Shown: piece after piece, positions 17,158-26,443 of the stretch | How the letters are laid out: each line of letters starts with the position of its first letter | Numbering within the stretch: position 1 is the stretch's first letter | Source of the DNA: Eubacteriales bacterium | GTDB lineage: Bacteria > Bacillota > Clostridia > Oscillospirales > CAG-272 | Reading direction: 5' to 3' | Length of the DNA: 64,000 bases | Assembly (NCBI GenBank): GCA_045638385.1 | Contig: JAZUBI010000117.1 | Span: forward strand, 29,398-93,397 | Program-made: the position numbers and the translations under genes | Notes under the pieces: model-generated | Database searches by the model: none | The model's input: the letters and a program-made list of their open reading frames with translations, nothing else | What the model was told of the DNA's origin: nothing

Positions 17158-20100
17158 ATGAAAAGATTTAAACTTGGACGAATTATATCCGTAGCTCTTA
17201 TTCTTGCCATGCTTTCATTGATCGTAATTGCATCTGCATTCGCGATCGGATCGAAGAACAGTGAAGCTCCTGAATTGAGGATCATAGGAACAAACCTCTC
17301 GTTTAATGACTCGATCTACATAAAATATGCGGTCAACTGCGCAAATGTAAGTGAAATCGATAATGTAAAGCTTCTTGTCTGGACATCTCCCTCAGAGGGA
17401 TACCTTTACGGAACGCAAAACGATGTTCTCTCCTCTGTCGGCTCAACTACGATCAACGGCGAGAGCTGCATAGTCTTTGATTTCAAGGGACTATCCGCAA
17501 AGCAAATGACCGACTATGTATATGCAAGAGCTTACTATGTATCGGACGGAAAAGAATATTACAGTGACGTGAAGAAATACAGCGTATTAACGTATGTATA
17601 CAACAAGCTCGGATACACCGGCACCCCCACAGAGAATGAAGATCTCGCAGAGCTTCTCAGAGGTATGCTTGAATACGGTGCATCCGCGCAGCTGTATTTT
17701 GATTACAAGACCGACACACTTGCAACAGACCCGCACGTTCAATTTACCATTATGAACGGAACGCTTTCCGACGGATCTAACAAGGTTCTCGCAGTTCCGG
17801 GAACAAAGCTTACCGTTACCGCCAGAACACCAAATGAAGGTGAAACATTCAAGCACTGGCAGGATTCAACCGGAAAGATAATATCTTACTCGGAAACATT
17901 CACCGTAACAGTTGGTGCAACCAATCAAACTCTTTCTGCCGTATACGTATCAAATCAGGGTGGAAAGATTGATGGAGCAGGTGCTAATCTTTCTGCAGAT
18001 TCATTTGCAACAACAGAACACAATGTAGACACATCTAACGCCATTGAGGTCACGGGTAATCAGCTTAGTTCCCTTCTTTCCTCCGGAGTTTCTGAAAATG
18101 CAGTATACAGAGTAACCGACGGCGCGTTGTTTATTTCATCTTCTATGAACGGAAATAACGCCGTTATAGTTGCCGCAGACGGAGTAAAAATTCTGAACGC
18201 GAATAACATTACAATAAGTAACCTCATAATCATCGGTGACGTATCAATTGAAAACTCTAACGCAGTCACTCTTAATTCAGTTGAAATCCAAAGCTCTTCC
18301 ATCGCTCTTTCAATTGATTCGACATCGGCGGATGTAACCGTCAACGATTCGAGATTGCTTGCAAAAGATACGGCTATTTCTAACGTTGCTCAAAACACAA
18401 CCGTAAAGAATTCTTATATTGATTCAAGAACGGCAATTTTGAGTGATGGCGACAATCTTACAGTCTACAACTCAAAAATAGTTGCATCTCTTGACGCGAT
18501 CACATCTTCCGGAGAGGATGCTGCGATCAATAACAATACTGTTAATGCCGGCATTAACTACAACGGAATTACCATTGTTTCATCACTTAACACCCTGGTG
18601 ACCTATAATATAATCTCCGGTCCCGAAAACGCTGTCATGGTACAAAACTCGACAAACTCCGTTGTCTTGTTCAACTCCTGCTTTAACATCGCCGCAGAAA
18701 ACAATACTAATATTTATATTGTAGAAAACTCTCTCGGCGGCGCACTTATTCTTGAAAACAACAATTATATGCTCTGTGATGAAAACGTATATCACGGAGA
18801 CAATGATCACACACCCACAACAAACGGTAATGATAACGTAAACGGAAACAACCTTATGGACGTTACCGCCCGTAACGAGGTGGGTGCAAAAGAGGAGCTC
18901 CTTCCCCATACAAACAAGGATCTCTTCCTTGACATGGAGAAGAAAACAACCGTTAAGGATGTTGCAGGCGGAACATCGCTCTCCCTGAACGATTATGTTG
19001 AAACAGAGGCAAAGAATAAATCCATTGTAATCGTTCCTCCCGGAGCTTATTCGACCGCAGCAGGTGATCCAATGAACCTCACAGAGGCAATGAGTGACAC
19101 CGAGATATATGCCTTTGGAGTTTATAACGAGCACGAATTCGTTAAAAACGTAGACTATCTCACAAATAAAAAAGGAAACAGAATTCTCCAGATCACAAAC
19201 ACGGAAAATATAACGATACATGGCTTTGTAATGGGATACGATTATCAGGCATCAGGACAGGTACATGTGCTTGAAAAGCGTGATAACAATCAAATACTCG
19301 TAGTTCCCGCGGCAGGATATAGCATTGAGGATGGATTCGGTCAAAGCAACGAGGGAGTATTCCACAAGAGCTATACTACCAAATTCGCATCCGGACAGTA
19401 TTACCCTGCTCTCGGCGGCTCTTCATACACATTTGTTGAAAGCTATGACGACGGAACAATACTCCTTAAGTTAAACGAGACCACGTATAAGAATATGAAT
19501 GTTGGAGATATAATCACATGCCGATTGGCAGGTGACAACCAACAATCTATATCAATTTCGAGCACGACAAACATCAAGATCAAAGATTTCACATTCCACG
19601 GCTATTCAGCCGCTCTTGCAGTTGTTGTCGGCGGTAATTCTACCAATACCTCGCTCGAGAGATTCCACAACACATCCCGCTCGCCTTACGTTATCGATAA
19701 GGAAACCTACGATATGTATGCGGCATGGGAAACCCAATACAATGTTGACCTTGAGATCTCAATTGATGAAAACGGCAGATACCGCGGAGCTCAACCCAGG
19801 ATCTGTTCGGTTGACGCAACACACGTTACAGGCGCATCCGAGGGTCTTGATATTGAATCATGTCTCTTCGAAAACATGTGCGACGACGGATCTAACCAGC
19901 GCGGAGGTAGCTCCCGTCTGCTTGATGCAAGGGACAATGGTGACGGAACTACAACTTTATATATTAAAGGTATGGTTACGTCGACCTACCACAGCCTTGA
20001 CAAGAGCGCAGGCAAAACTCAGGTTAACAAAAATCCAAACAACTTTAAAAAAGACGATAAGATATACGTTTATACCTCTAAAGGTGAGCTCCTCTGTGAT

Positions 20101-23100
20101 ACATACTGCTTAACTGCGGCTAAGGATGAGGATGATTACGCGGAGATATATGATTACGACGGAATAAGATATTTTATATATGTAAAATCAGTTACAGTTC
20201 CTACCGAGGCTGTAAACTTCGAGGTTCTCGAGGGATACGACCTCAGTGACAACCACTATGATATGAAGAACAAGGTTCTTGTAGATAATATCAGCTATGT
20301 CAGTGAAGGATTTGTAATTGACAATCTGTTGGTCAGAAACTCCACATCAAGAGGAGTACTTATCAAGACTATCAATGCGACCGTTAAGAATTCAACCTTC
20401 AGAAACGTTGCAGGAACAGGAAACCTTTTGAGCGTTGAAACAAGCTGGGGAGAAAGCACTGTTTCAAGAAATATTGTTATCAGCGGCGTTCTCTTTGATA
20501 ACACCGGTTTTGATACAAGTGAGGATATCAAGGCTCCTATCTCCATTTCCTCCCTTGCAACATACGGAAACGCTACTGTTGACACTCTCCGCTCAAGCAA
20601 TATACTGATAACGGGCTGTGAATTCAAGGATTACGGACATAACTTCGGTATATATGTAAACGGAGCAAGAGACGTTAGAATCATAAACAACGTATTTGAT
20701 CCCGAGGTGGGTGCAGAGCCCGGTAACTTCATAAAGATAGTAACCGCGCTTGACATACTTATCGAAAATAACAAATACAAGAAGAATGACGGTACTCTTG
20801 AGCCCATCACCGGTATTCTTGCAGATGATTACACCTACATTCACGGTAGTGACGTAGGAGATACATTCCGCGCTGATTGCGATATTATTATCGGAGAATC
20901 GCACTTGAGCAACATGAGAGTTCACCCCGTAGTAAAGGGCAATAAGGATATTGCAGACTCGCTTGCGTCAAAGCTCGAAAGCATATGCGGATACTCGATT
21001 TCCTCTTCAACGTATTACAACGAATACGTTATTGAGCTTGTTGCAATGAATAACACGAGCGATACTATTGGTTCAAACACCTACACTATCACATGTGACG
21101 GCACAAATCTTTATATAACTGCCGCTACAAGATCCGCACTTATTTACGCAATAGACGACTTTGCGGCGTACATAGCAGAAAGAAATCAGACAGAGCAAAC
21201 TATCACGTTTGAAGACGGATTCTCTCTTGTTCGCACAATGAATATTGCTAACATTGACGCAACAGAAACATCTAAGATCAAGTACAGCGGATTCTGGCTC
21301 CAGACCAATAATTCAATGTCTTCGGCATCCGATACAGACTACTTCGAATTTGACATAACAGGAAACTCATTCACGCTTGCTTTCTTTGAGAAATCCACCT
21401 TTGAGCTTATAATCGACGGAAAATCAGAAGGCGTATTCACTGCAGAATCTGAATTTACCTACTGTATTGAGAACGGAAAGCATTCTGTTAAGGTTCAGGC
21501 TATTGATACAGACAGCACGATAAGCTTTGCAGGAGTAAAATATCTTGATTCAGTTATTGAAAAGACCCAAAACAAGGATCACTATATTCTGTTTGTAGGT
21601 GACTCTATGGTCGACGGAGACGAGAGTTTTGCTCACGTTATCGGAGAACTGTTAGGCTGGGATTATGCAGTACTCGTAGGAGATACTCTTCCCTCTTATA
21701 CAGATACCGGACGCAAGCCCGACCTTGTGTTCTTCTTCCACGGTACGGATGCGATCACATCAAGCTCGACAAGCGATGAGCAGACCGCCTTCGTTAACAC
21801 CTATACATCCTTGATCAACAGTGTCAAGAACTCCATCGGCAGCTCTGCTAAGATATATATCATGCAAGCATTGTCAACGTCAAATGCTTCTGATATGTTC
21901 AATACCTCGCATGCACGTTATCAGGCTATCCAAACCGTTCAGAACGCAATTTCGGGTGCCAACAACATCAGCGCAAGCACGGTTAAGGGCTGGAATATTG
22001 AATTTGACGCTTCAAAGGATGCAACCAATCCTACAGATGCCGGATATTCAACACTCATTGTAAAGATTGTAGCATATCTTAAGAATAATTTGGGTGAAAC
22101 GAACTATTACAATTACGAGTTCCCGCTCAATTCCATGAATAATTACAACGGAACGTGGGAAAATCAACAAAAATGGATATTGGGTACACGATACAAAGAA
22201 ATTGTAGAAAACGGAATTAAACTCAATAGATACAAGTTTGGCCAAAATAATAACGGACACGTATTTATAAGCGGTACAGACTACGCCGATATAACAACAA
22301 ATTCCGGTCACTATCTTGTATTTATGTACAAGGCGTCGGGCGATTACAGCATATCATTTAACCTCAGAACAAATGACCACGGTACTGATCTTGCAGAAAG
22401 CGGAAAAAATTTCGTTTCAACTGTAACCAAGCCTACCAACTATATAACAAATAACGAGTGGGAGGTTGCGGTAATTGATCTCTCTCAATTCAAGAACTAT
22501 ACTACCGGTACAAACATTAAAGTGCAGGTAAGAGTTACCACCTCGTCCTCGCAGATCGACATTGCATGCGCTACGATAGTTGAAACGCTTGCCGATGCAA
22601 ATGTTTACGCAATGGTAAAGCTTGGCGTTTCAGAGTACACATACTATGAGGACTGGAGCACGAAGGGTGAGAGAGTTTCGCTTTCCGGAAAGCCGATTGT
22701 CGAAGAGCCTGAACCGGAAAAGGTTGATCTCAGCTATGTAAATCACAATTTCAACCTTCTTGTTATGAAGATGTATAACGGTTCTATTGTAAACCCGAGT
22801 CAGATCATGATAACAGACGGAGACGGCATATTCTACAACAGATTTAATTTCTCAAAAACAGGTCACATTTTCTTGAAGGGTTCAAATACACTTGTTCCCA
22901 TCAACGGTGACACAGGAAATTATCTTGTTATTAAATATCGCGCCGCAAACAACTCCGGTCTTACTCTTGAGATGCAGACAAGTGATCTTCCCTTTACATC
23001 AAGTACACCGTACAAGACACTAACAACCAAGAACAAGCCTGCAAGCAATATTCCCGATGGCTGGGAGGTTGCGGTTGTTGATCTCTCAAAGTTCCCGTCC

Positions 23101-23289
23101 TATCAGCGAGATACCGATCTTGATGTTCTTATAAGAATCACAACTGCGTGTGAATACGTAGATATTTCATACGCTTCAATAGTTGATGACATCTCCGAAG
23201 CAGAAAGATTCGTTGGAGATATGGGAGACTCAACATACGTCTACTACGACGACTGGTCAACGGTTGGAACGACAACTACAATTAAATAA
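17158..23289 (+). CDS. 2043-aa secreted multidomain protein: parallel beta-helix repeats, SGNH/GDSL hydrolase-like domain, two C-terminal ~185-aa modules
   Basis: Signal peptide ...IASAFA. Repetitive xNxxIxNxxI beta-helix-type segments (e.g. NNITISNLIIIGDVSIENSNAVTLNSVEIQSS). ILFVGDSMVDGD (GDS block) at about 21.6 kb. Terminal modules contain the WEVAV[IV]DL motif. Confidence 0.7.
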   Translation: MKRFKLGRIISVALILAMLSLIVIASAFAIGSKNSEAPELRIIGTNLSFNDSIYIKYAVNCANVSEIDNVKLLVWTSPSEGYLYGTQNDVLSSVGSTTINGESCIVFDFKGLSAKQMTDYVYARAYYVSDGKEYYSDVKKYSVLTYVYNKLGYTGTPTENEDLAELLRGMLEYGASAQLYFDYKTDTLATDPHVQFTIMNGTLSDGSNKVLAVPGTKLTVTARTPNEGETFKHWQDSTGKIISYSETFTVTVGATNQTLSAVYVSNQGGKIDGAGANLSADSFATTEHNVDTSNAIEVTGNQLSSLLSSGVSENAVYRVTDGALFISSSMNGNNAVIVAADGVKILNANNITISNLIIIGDVSIENSNAVTLNSVEIQSSSIALSIDSTSADVTVNDSRLLAKDTAISNVAQNTTVKNSYIDSRTAILSDGDNLTVYNSKIVASLDAITSSGEDAAINNNTVNAGINYNGITIVSSLNTLVTYNIISGPENAVMVQNSTNSVVLFNSCFNIAAENNTNIYIVENSLGGALILENNNYMLCDENVYHGDNDHTPTTNGNDNVNGNNLMDVTARNEVGAKEELLPHTNKDLFLDMEKKTTVKDVAGGTSLSLNDYVETEAKNKSIVIVPPGAYSTAAGDPMNLTEAMSDTEIYAFGVYNEHEFVKNVDYLTNKKGNRILQITNTENITIHGFVMGYDYQASGQVHVLEKRDNNQILVVPAAGYSIEDGFGQSNEGVFHKSYTTKFASGQYYPALGGSSYTFVESYDDGTILLKLNETTYKNMNVGDIITCRLAGDNQQSISISSTTNIKIKDFTFHGYSAALAVVVGGNSTNTSLERFHNTSRSPYVIDKETYDMYAAWETQYNVDLEISIDENGRYRGAQPRICSVDATHVTGASEGLDIESCLFENMCDDGSNQRGGSSRLLDARDNGDGTTTLYIKGMVTSTYHSLDKSAGKTQVNKNPNNFKKDDKIYVYTSKGELLCDTYCLTAAKDEDDYAEIYDYDGIRYFIYVKSVTVPTEAVNFEVLEGYDLSDNHYDMKNKVLVDNISYVSEGFVIDNLLVRNSTSRGVLIKTINATVKNSTFRNVAGTGNLLSVETSWGESTVSRNIVISGVLFDNTGFDTSEDIKAPISISSLATYGNATVDTLRSSNILITGCEFKDYGHNFGIYVNGARDVRIINNVFDPEVGAEPGNFIKIVTALDILIENNKYKKNDGTLEPITGILADDYTYIHGSDVGDTFRADCDIIIGESHLSNMRVHPVVKGNKDIADSLASKLESICGYSISSSTYYNEYVIELVAMNNTSDTIGSNTYTITCDGTNLYITAATRSALIYAIDDFAAYIAERNQTEQTITFEDGFSLVRTMNIANIDATETSKIKYSGFWLQTNNSMSSASDTDYFEFDITGNSFTLAFFEKSTFELIIDGKSEGVFTAESEFTYCIENGKHSVKVQAIDTDSTISFAGVKYLDSVIEKTQNKDHYILFVGDSMVDGDESFAHVIGELLGWDYAVLVGDTLPSYTDTGRKPDLVFFFHGTDAITSSSTSDEQTAFVNTYTSLINSVKNSIGSSAKIYIMQALSTSNASDMFNTSHARYQAIQTVQNAISGANNISASTVKGWNIEFDASKDATNPTDAGYSTLIVKIVAYLKNNLGETNYYNYEFPLNSMNNYNGTWENQQKWILGTRYKEIVENGIKLNRYKFGQNNNGHVFISGTDYADITTNSGHYLVFMYKASGDYSISFNLRTNDHGTDLAESGKNFVSTVTKPTNYITNNEWEVAVIDLSQFKNYTTGTNIKVQVRVTTSSSQIDIACATIVETLADANVYAMVKLGVSEYTYYEDWSTKGERVSLSGKPIVEEPEPEKVDLSYVNHNFNLLVMKMYNGSIVNPSQIMITDGDGIFYNRFNFSKTGHIFLKGSNTLVPINGDTGNYLVIKYRAANNSGLTLEMQTSDLPFTSSTPYKTLTTKNKPASNIPDGWEVAVVDLSKFPSYQRDTDLDVLIRITTACEYVDISYASIVDDISEAERFVGDMGDSTYVYYDDWSTVGTTTTIK

Positions 23290-24440
23290 TTTACACGTTA
23301 TATAGGTACAAATTTAATGTATCTCCTCATAATCTAATGTCCTACTATAATAACGATCCCAGCACAAGCATCAGCCGCAATCAGGTTGAAGACGGAATTA
23401 CGTTTACAAGATACAGCTTCGGTATAGGCGGTCACGCATGGATCACAGGAAACGACGCTGCTACTGCTGATGTAGGAAACAGCGGAAGATACCTGGTTAT
23501 CAAGTACAGAACATCCGGAGAAGCGAATATTACTCTTGAGCTTCGTACAAACGATTACGGAAGAGATCAGCCGGAGCACGGAAGAGGATATCTGTCATCA
23601 GTCACCAAGCCTTATCTCTACACTTCCACGGATTGGGAGGTGGCGGTTGTAGATCTTGCACAGTTTGAACAATACACACTCTATGCAAACGAAAAGGTAC
23701 AGCTGAGAATCTCTACCGAGGCAGATATATTGGATATTGCATATGCAGCCTTGGTTGATACCATTTCCGAAGCAAGAATGGTTACAATGTTTGAGCTTGG
23801 TGATACACAATACGCATTCTACGACGATTGGATGCAGCCTGCTGTTCTCTTCTCCTTGAACGGCGAGCCTCCTAAGCTTAATGATGAAGTAGATCTCAGT
23901 CACATAAATCACATCTTCAACATTAACCTGCTTCGCACATATAACGGCTCAATTAATATGTCACTTGAGGAAGACGGAGTAACATTCACAAGAATCACCT
24001 TCGACAAAAACGGACATGTATTCTTCAAGGGTGATCAAAACGGAATCTATACAGGCTCTATTGACGGTACGACCGGTAACTATATTATAATCAAATACAG
24101 AGCAACCAATAATCATTCCATACAGCTTGATATGCAGACCGAGGATACAAATCCCGACGGAACAGGATCCTCGATGTCAAAGGTGTCTAAGCCTGCAAAG
24201 TATGTATCAACCGAATGGGAGGTTGCAGTTATTGATCTTGCTCAGTTCCCTAACTACACAAGAGACAGCGATCTTGACGTAAGAATAAGATTTACTACAA
24301 CAGTAAGTCAAATTGATATCGCATACGCCGCTATCGTTGACGATACGGCTGAGGCTGAAGATTTCATCTCTGCAATGGGTGACTCAACATACGTTTACTA
24401 TAATAATTGGGCTACCATCGGAGAAACAAATTTAATCGAT
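22100..24440 (+). repeat. tandem duplication of a two-module unit [A-B][A-B] spanning the giant gene 3' end and the next ORF
   Basis: A1 (~22100..22690) resembles A2 (23337..~23880), sharing LRTND[HY]G. B1 (~22720..23286) resembles B2 (~23890..24440). Both B copies end ...GDSTYVYY[DN][DN]W[SA]T[VI]G......stop. Confidence 0.85.
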
Positions 24441-24443
24441 TAA
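23337..24443 (+). CDS. 368-aa stand-alone copy of the giant protein's two C-terminal modules (no signal peptide, no SD)
   Basis: Homologous throughout to aa ~1650-2043 of the upstream protein. The upstream sequence tatctcctcataatctaATG has no purine-rich RBS. Confidence 0.55.
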   Translation: MSYYNNDPSTSISRNQVEDGITFTRYSFGIGGHAWITGNDAATADVGNSGRYLVIKYRTSGEANITLELRTNDYGRDQPEHGRGYLSSVTKPYLYTSTDWEVAVVDLAQFEQYTLYANEKVQLRISTEADILDIAYAALVDTISEARMVTMFELGDTQYAFYDDWMQPAVLFSLNGEPPKLNDEVDLSHINHIFNINLLRTYNGSINMSLEEDGVTFTRITFDKNGHVFFKGDQNGIYTGSIDGTTGNYIIIKYRATNNHSIQLDMQTEDTNPDGTGSSMSKVSKPAKYVSTEWEVAVIDLAQFPNYTRDSDLDVRIRFTTTVSQIDIAYAAIVDDTAEAEDFISAMGDSTYVYYNNWATIGETNLID

Positions 24444-24449
24444 AAAATC

Positions 24450-24481
24450 GGGCCGTCCTTAATTGGGCGGTCCTTTTTTTG
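24450..24481 (+). terminator. intrinsic terminator
   Basis: GGGCCGTCC / GGGCGGTCC stem (two G-U pairs) followed by T8. Confidence 0.7.
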
Positions 24482-24490
24482 AAAACTCTA

Positions 24491-24519
24491 TTGATTTATT
24501 TGCCTATTTGTGATAAAAT
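24491..24519 (+). promoter_or_regulatory. SigA-type promoter (TTGATT-17-TAAAAT, TG-extended)
   Basis: TTGATTtatttgcctatttgtgaTAAAAT upstream of rqcH. Confidence 0.55.
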
Positions 24520-24555
24520 AATGTGGTAAAATGATTTGAAAGGATGGTTTAAATT

Positions 24556-26328
24556 ATGGCTTTTGACTCCTGCTTGCTCTCTGCATTGGTAAAAGAGATC
24601 AACGCTATCGCCGCGGGTGGCAGAATTGAAAAGATATATCAGCCCGAGCGTGACGAAATCATTTTACAGATGAGGACTCACGAGGGTGGCAAGCGATTGC
24701 TTATTAATGCGGGATCTAATAATCCGCGTATGGGATTTACTGAGATATCCAAGGAAAACCCAATGCAGGCACCTATGTTCTGCATGCTTCTTCGTAAGCA
24801 TCTGACGGGCTCACTTTTAGCCTCCGTTAAACAGCTTGAATTTGACAGAGTTGCGAAGCTGACCTTTAATACACGCGATGAACTTGGCTTTGATACGCAA
24901 AAGTTTATCGTAGCAGAGCTTATGGGAAAATACAGCAATCTGATTTTCCTTGACGGAGATATGAAGGTTCTCTCTTCACTAAAGGTGATCGACTTTACAA
25001 CAAGTAGCCTGCGCCAGGTCCTGCCGGGCATGCGTTACGAGCTTCCGCCTGCTCAAAACAAGCTTGATCCGCGAACAACAAATTTTGATGAGTTTTTGGA
25101 AGCATTTGAGTCGTTTCCTCAAGAAAAAAGCGCGGATAAGTTTATAACATCTGCATATCAGGGTGTTTCAACCGCTCTTTCACGCGAAATCGTTTATAGA
25201 ACTACCGGAAGGATCGACACACCGCTCTTAACATGTGATGCAAAAGAACTTTTCAATAATTTTGATAAGATCTTCGAGGATATAAACAACAATAACCTTG
25301 ATCCTACGGTTATTTACGAAGACGGTATTCCCGTCGAATACTCATTTACCGATCTTTCTTATTACGGAAGCAATCTTGACCACAAGAAATTCGAAAGCAT
25401 TTCTGCCGCTCTTGACTCGTTTTTTGCTGACAGAGACCGTGAAAACAGAATTAAACAGCGTGCGGCGGATATTTTCAGAATTTTGACAAATGCCGAATCA
25501 CGTTTGACAAAAAAGATCGATTCACAGCAAAAAGAGCTTGCAGACTGTGAAATGGGTGAAAAATACAAGAGATTAGCTGATCTCATAACCGCTAATATGT
25601 ATCTATTAAAGCGCGGCGATTCTTTTGTTGAGATAACAGATTATGAAAATTGGAATGAGGAAAAGCAAGACTTTGAAAAGATTGCAATAGAGCTCGATGA
25701 GAGACTTTCCCCTGCCGCTAACTCTCAAAGATATTATAAGCTGTACAACAAATCAAAAACAGCAAAAATCGAGCTTACAAAGCAAATTCAGATCTCTCAA
25801 AACGAGCTTATCTATATAAATTCCGTTCTTGATTCGTTGGCAAAGGCAGAAACGTCCGTTGATTTAGCAGAGATACGCGACGAATTATTTAATAGCGGAT
25901 ACGCGTCAAAAATGAAAGGCTATGCGGCATCAAAGAAGCAGCACAAGCCAACCCCGTATGAATTTGTCACCACAAACGGATACAGAGTTCTTTGCGGCAA
26001 AAACAACTATCAGAATGAATATATTTCTCACAAGGTTGCCGAAAAATTCGACTATTGGTTTCACGCTAAGAATGTTCCCGGCTCGCACGTCATAATGATT
26101 ACGGGAGGTGAGGAGCCCCCGGAGCAGGACTTCACCGATGCTTGCGAGATCGCCGCATACTATTCAAAGGCTCGCGGTGGACAGCAGATCGCGGTAGATT
26201 ATTTGCTTTGCAAGGGTCTGAAAAAGGTCCCCGGCGCAAAACCCGGATTTGTTGTTTACAACAGCAATTGGAGCGCATACGTCACACCGTCTGAACAAAA
26301 AATAAGCGCAATGCAGATAAAAAAATAA
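24556..26328 (+). CDS. rqcH: ribosome quality-control protein RqcH (NFACT / FbpA family)
   Basis: N-terminal MAFDSCLLSALVKEIN...IEKIYQPERDEIILQM (NFACT-N), a coiled-coil middle, and C-terminal WFHAKNVPGSHVIM (NFACT-R/DUF814). Confidence 0.8.
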   Translation: MAFDSCLLSALVKEINAIAAGGRIEKIYQPERDEIILQMRTHEGGKRLLINAGSNNPRMGFTEISKENPMQAPMFCMLLRKHLTGSLLASVKQLEFDRVAKLTFNTRDELGFDTQKFIVAELMGKYSNLIFLDGDMKVLSSLKVIDFTTSSLRQVLPGMRYELPPAQNKLDPRTTNFDEFLEAFESFPQEKSADKFITSAYQGVSTALSREIVYRTTGRIDTPLLTCDAKELFNNFDKIFEDINNNNLDPTVIYEDGIPVEYSFTDLSYYGSNLDHKKFESISAALDSFFADRDRENRIKQRAADIFRILTNAESRLTKKIDSQQKELADCEMGEKYKRLADLITANMYLLKRGDSFVEITDYENWNEEKQDFEKIAIELDERLSPAANSQRYYKLYNKSKTAKIELTKQIQISQNELIYINSVLDSLAKAETSVDLAEIRDELFNSGYASKMKGYAASKKQHKPTPYEFVTTNGYRVLCGKNNYQNEYISHKVAEKFDYWFHAKNVPGSHVIMITGGEEPPEQDFTDACEIAAYYSKARGGQQIAVDYLLCKGLKKVPGAKPGFVVYNSNWSAYVTPSEQKISAMQIKK

Positions 26329-26363
26329 ATTTACAAAGTTTATTATAAATCGCCCCCATTCAC

Positions 26364-26392
26364 TTGACATTTTAATCTAAAAATGTTACAAT
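26364..26392 (+). promoter_or_regulatory. SigA-type promoter (TTGACA-17-TACAAT, TG-extended)
   Basis: TTGACAttttaatctaaaaatgtTACAAT. Confidence 0.7.
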
Positions 26393-26443
26393 ATAAATTG
26401 ATTGAGCATAATATGCTCTAATTCCACTTGAAAGGAACAAAAA

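Noticed and set aside
22100-24443. Possibility that the repeated C-terminal modules are a diversity-generating retroelement (template/variable repeat pair)
   Set aside because: There is no reverse transcriptase gene in the window. The copies are diverged over their whole length. The nucleotide differences I compared (e.g. gacgac versus aataat, gtc versus gtt) are not restricted to adenine positions.
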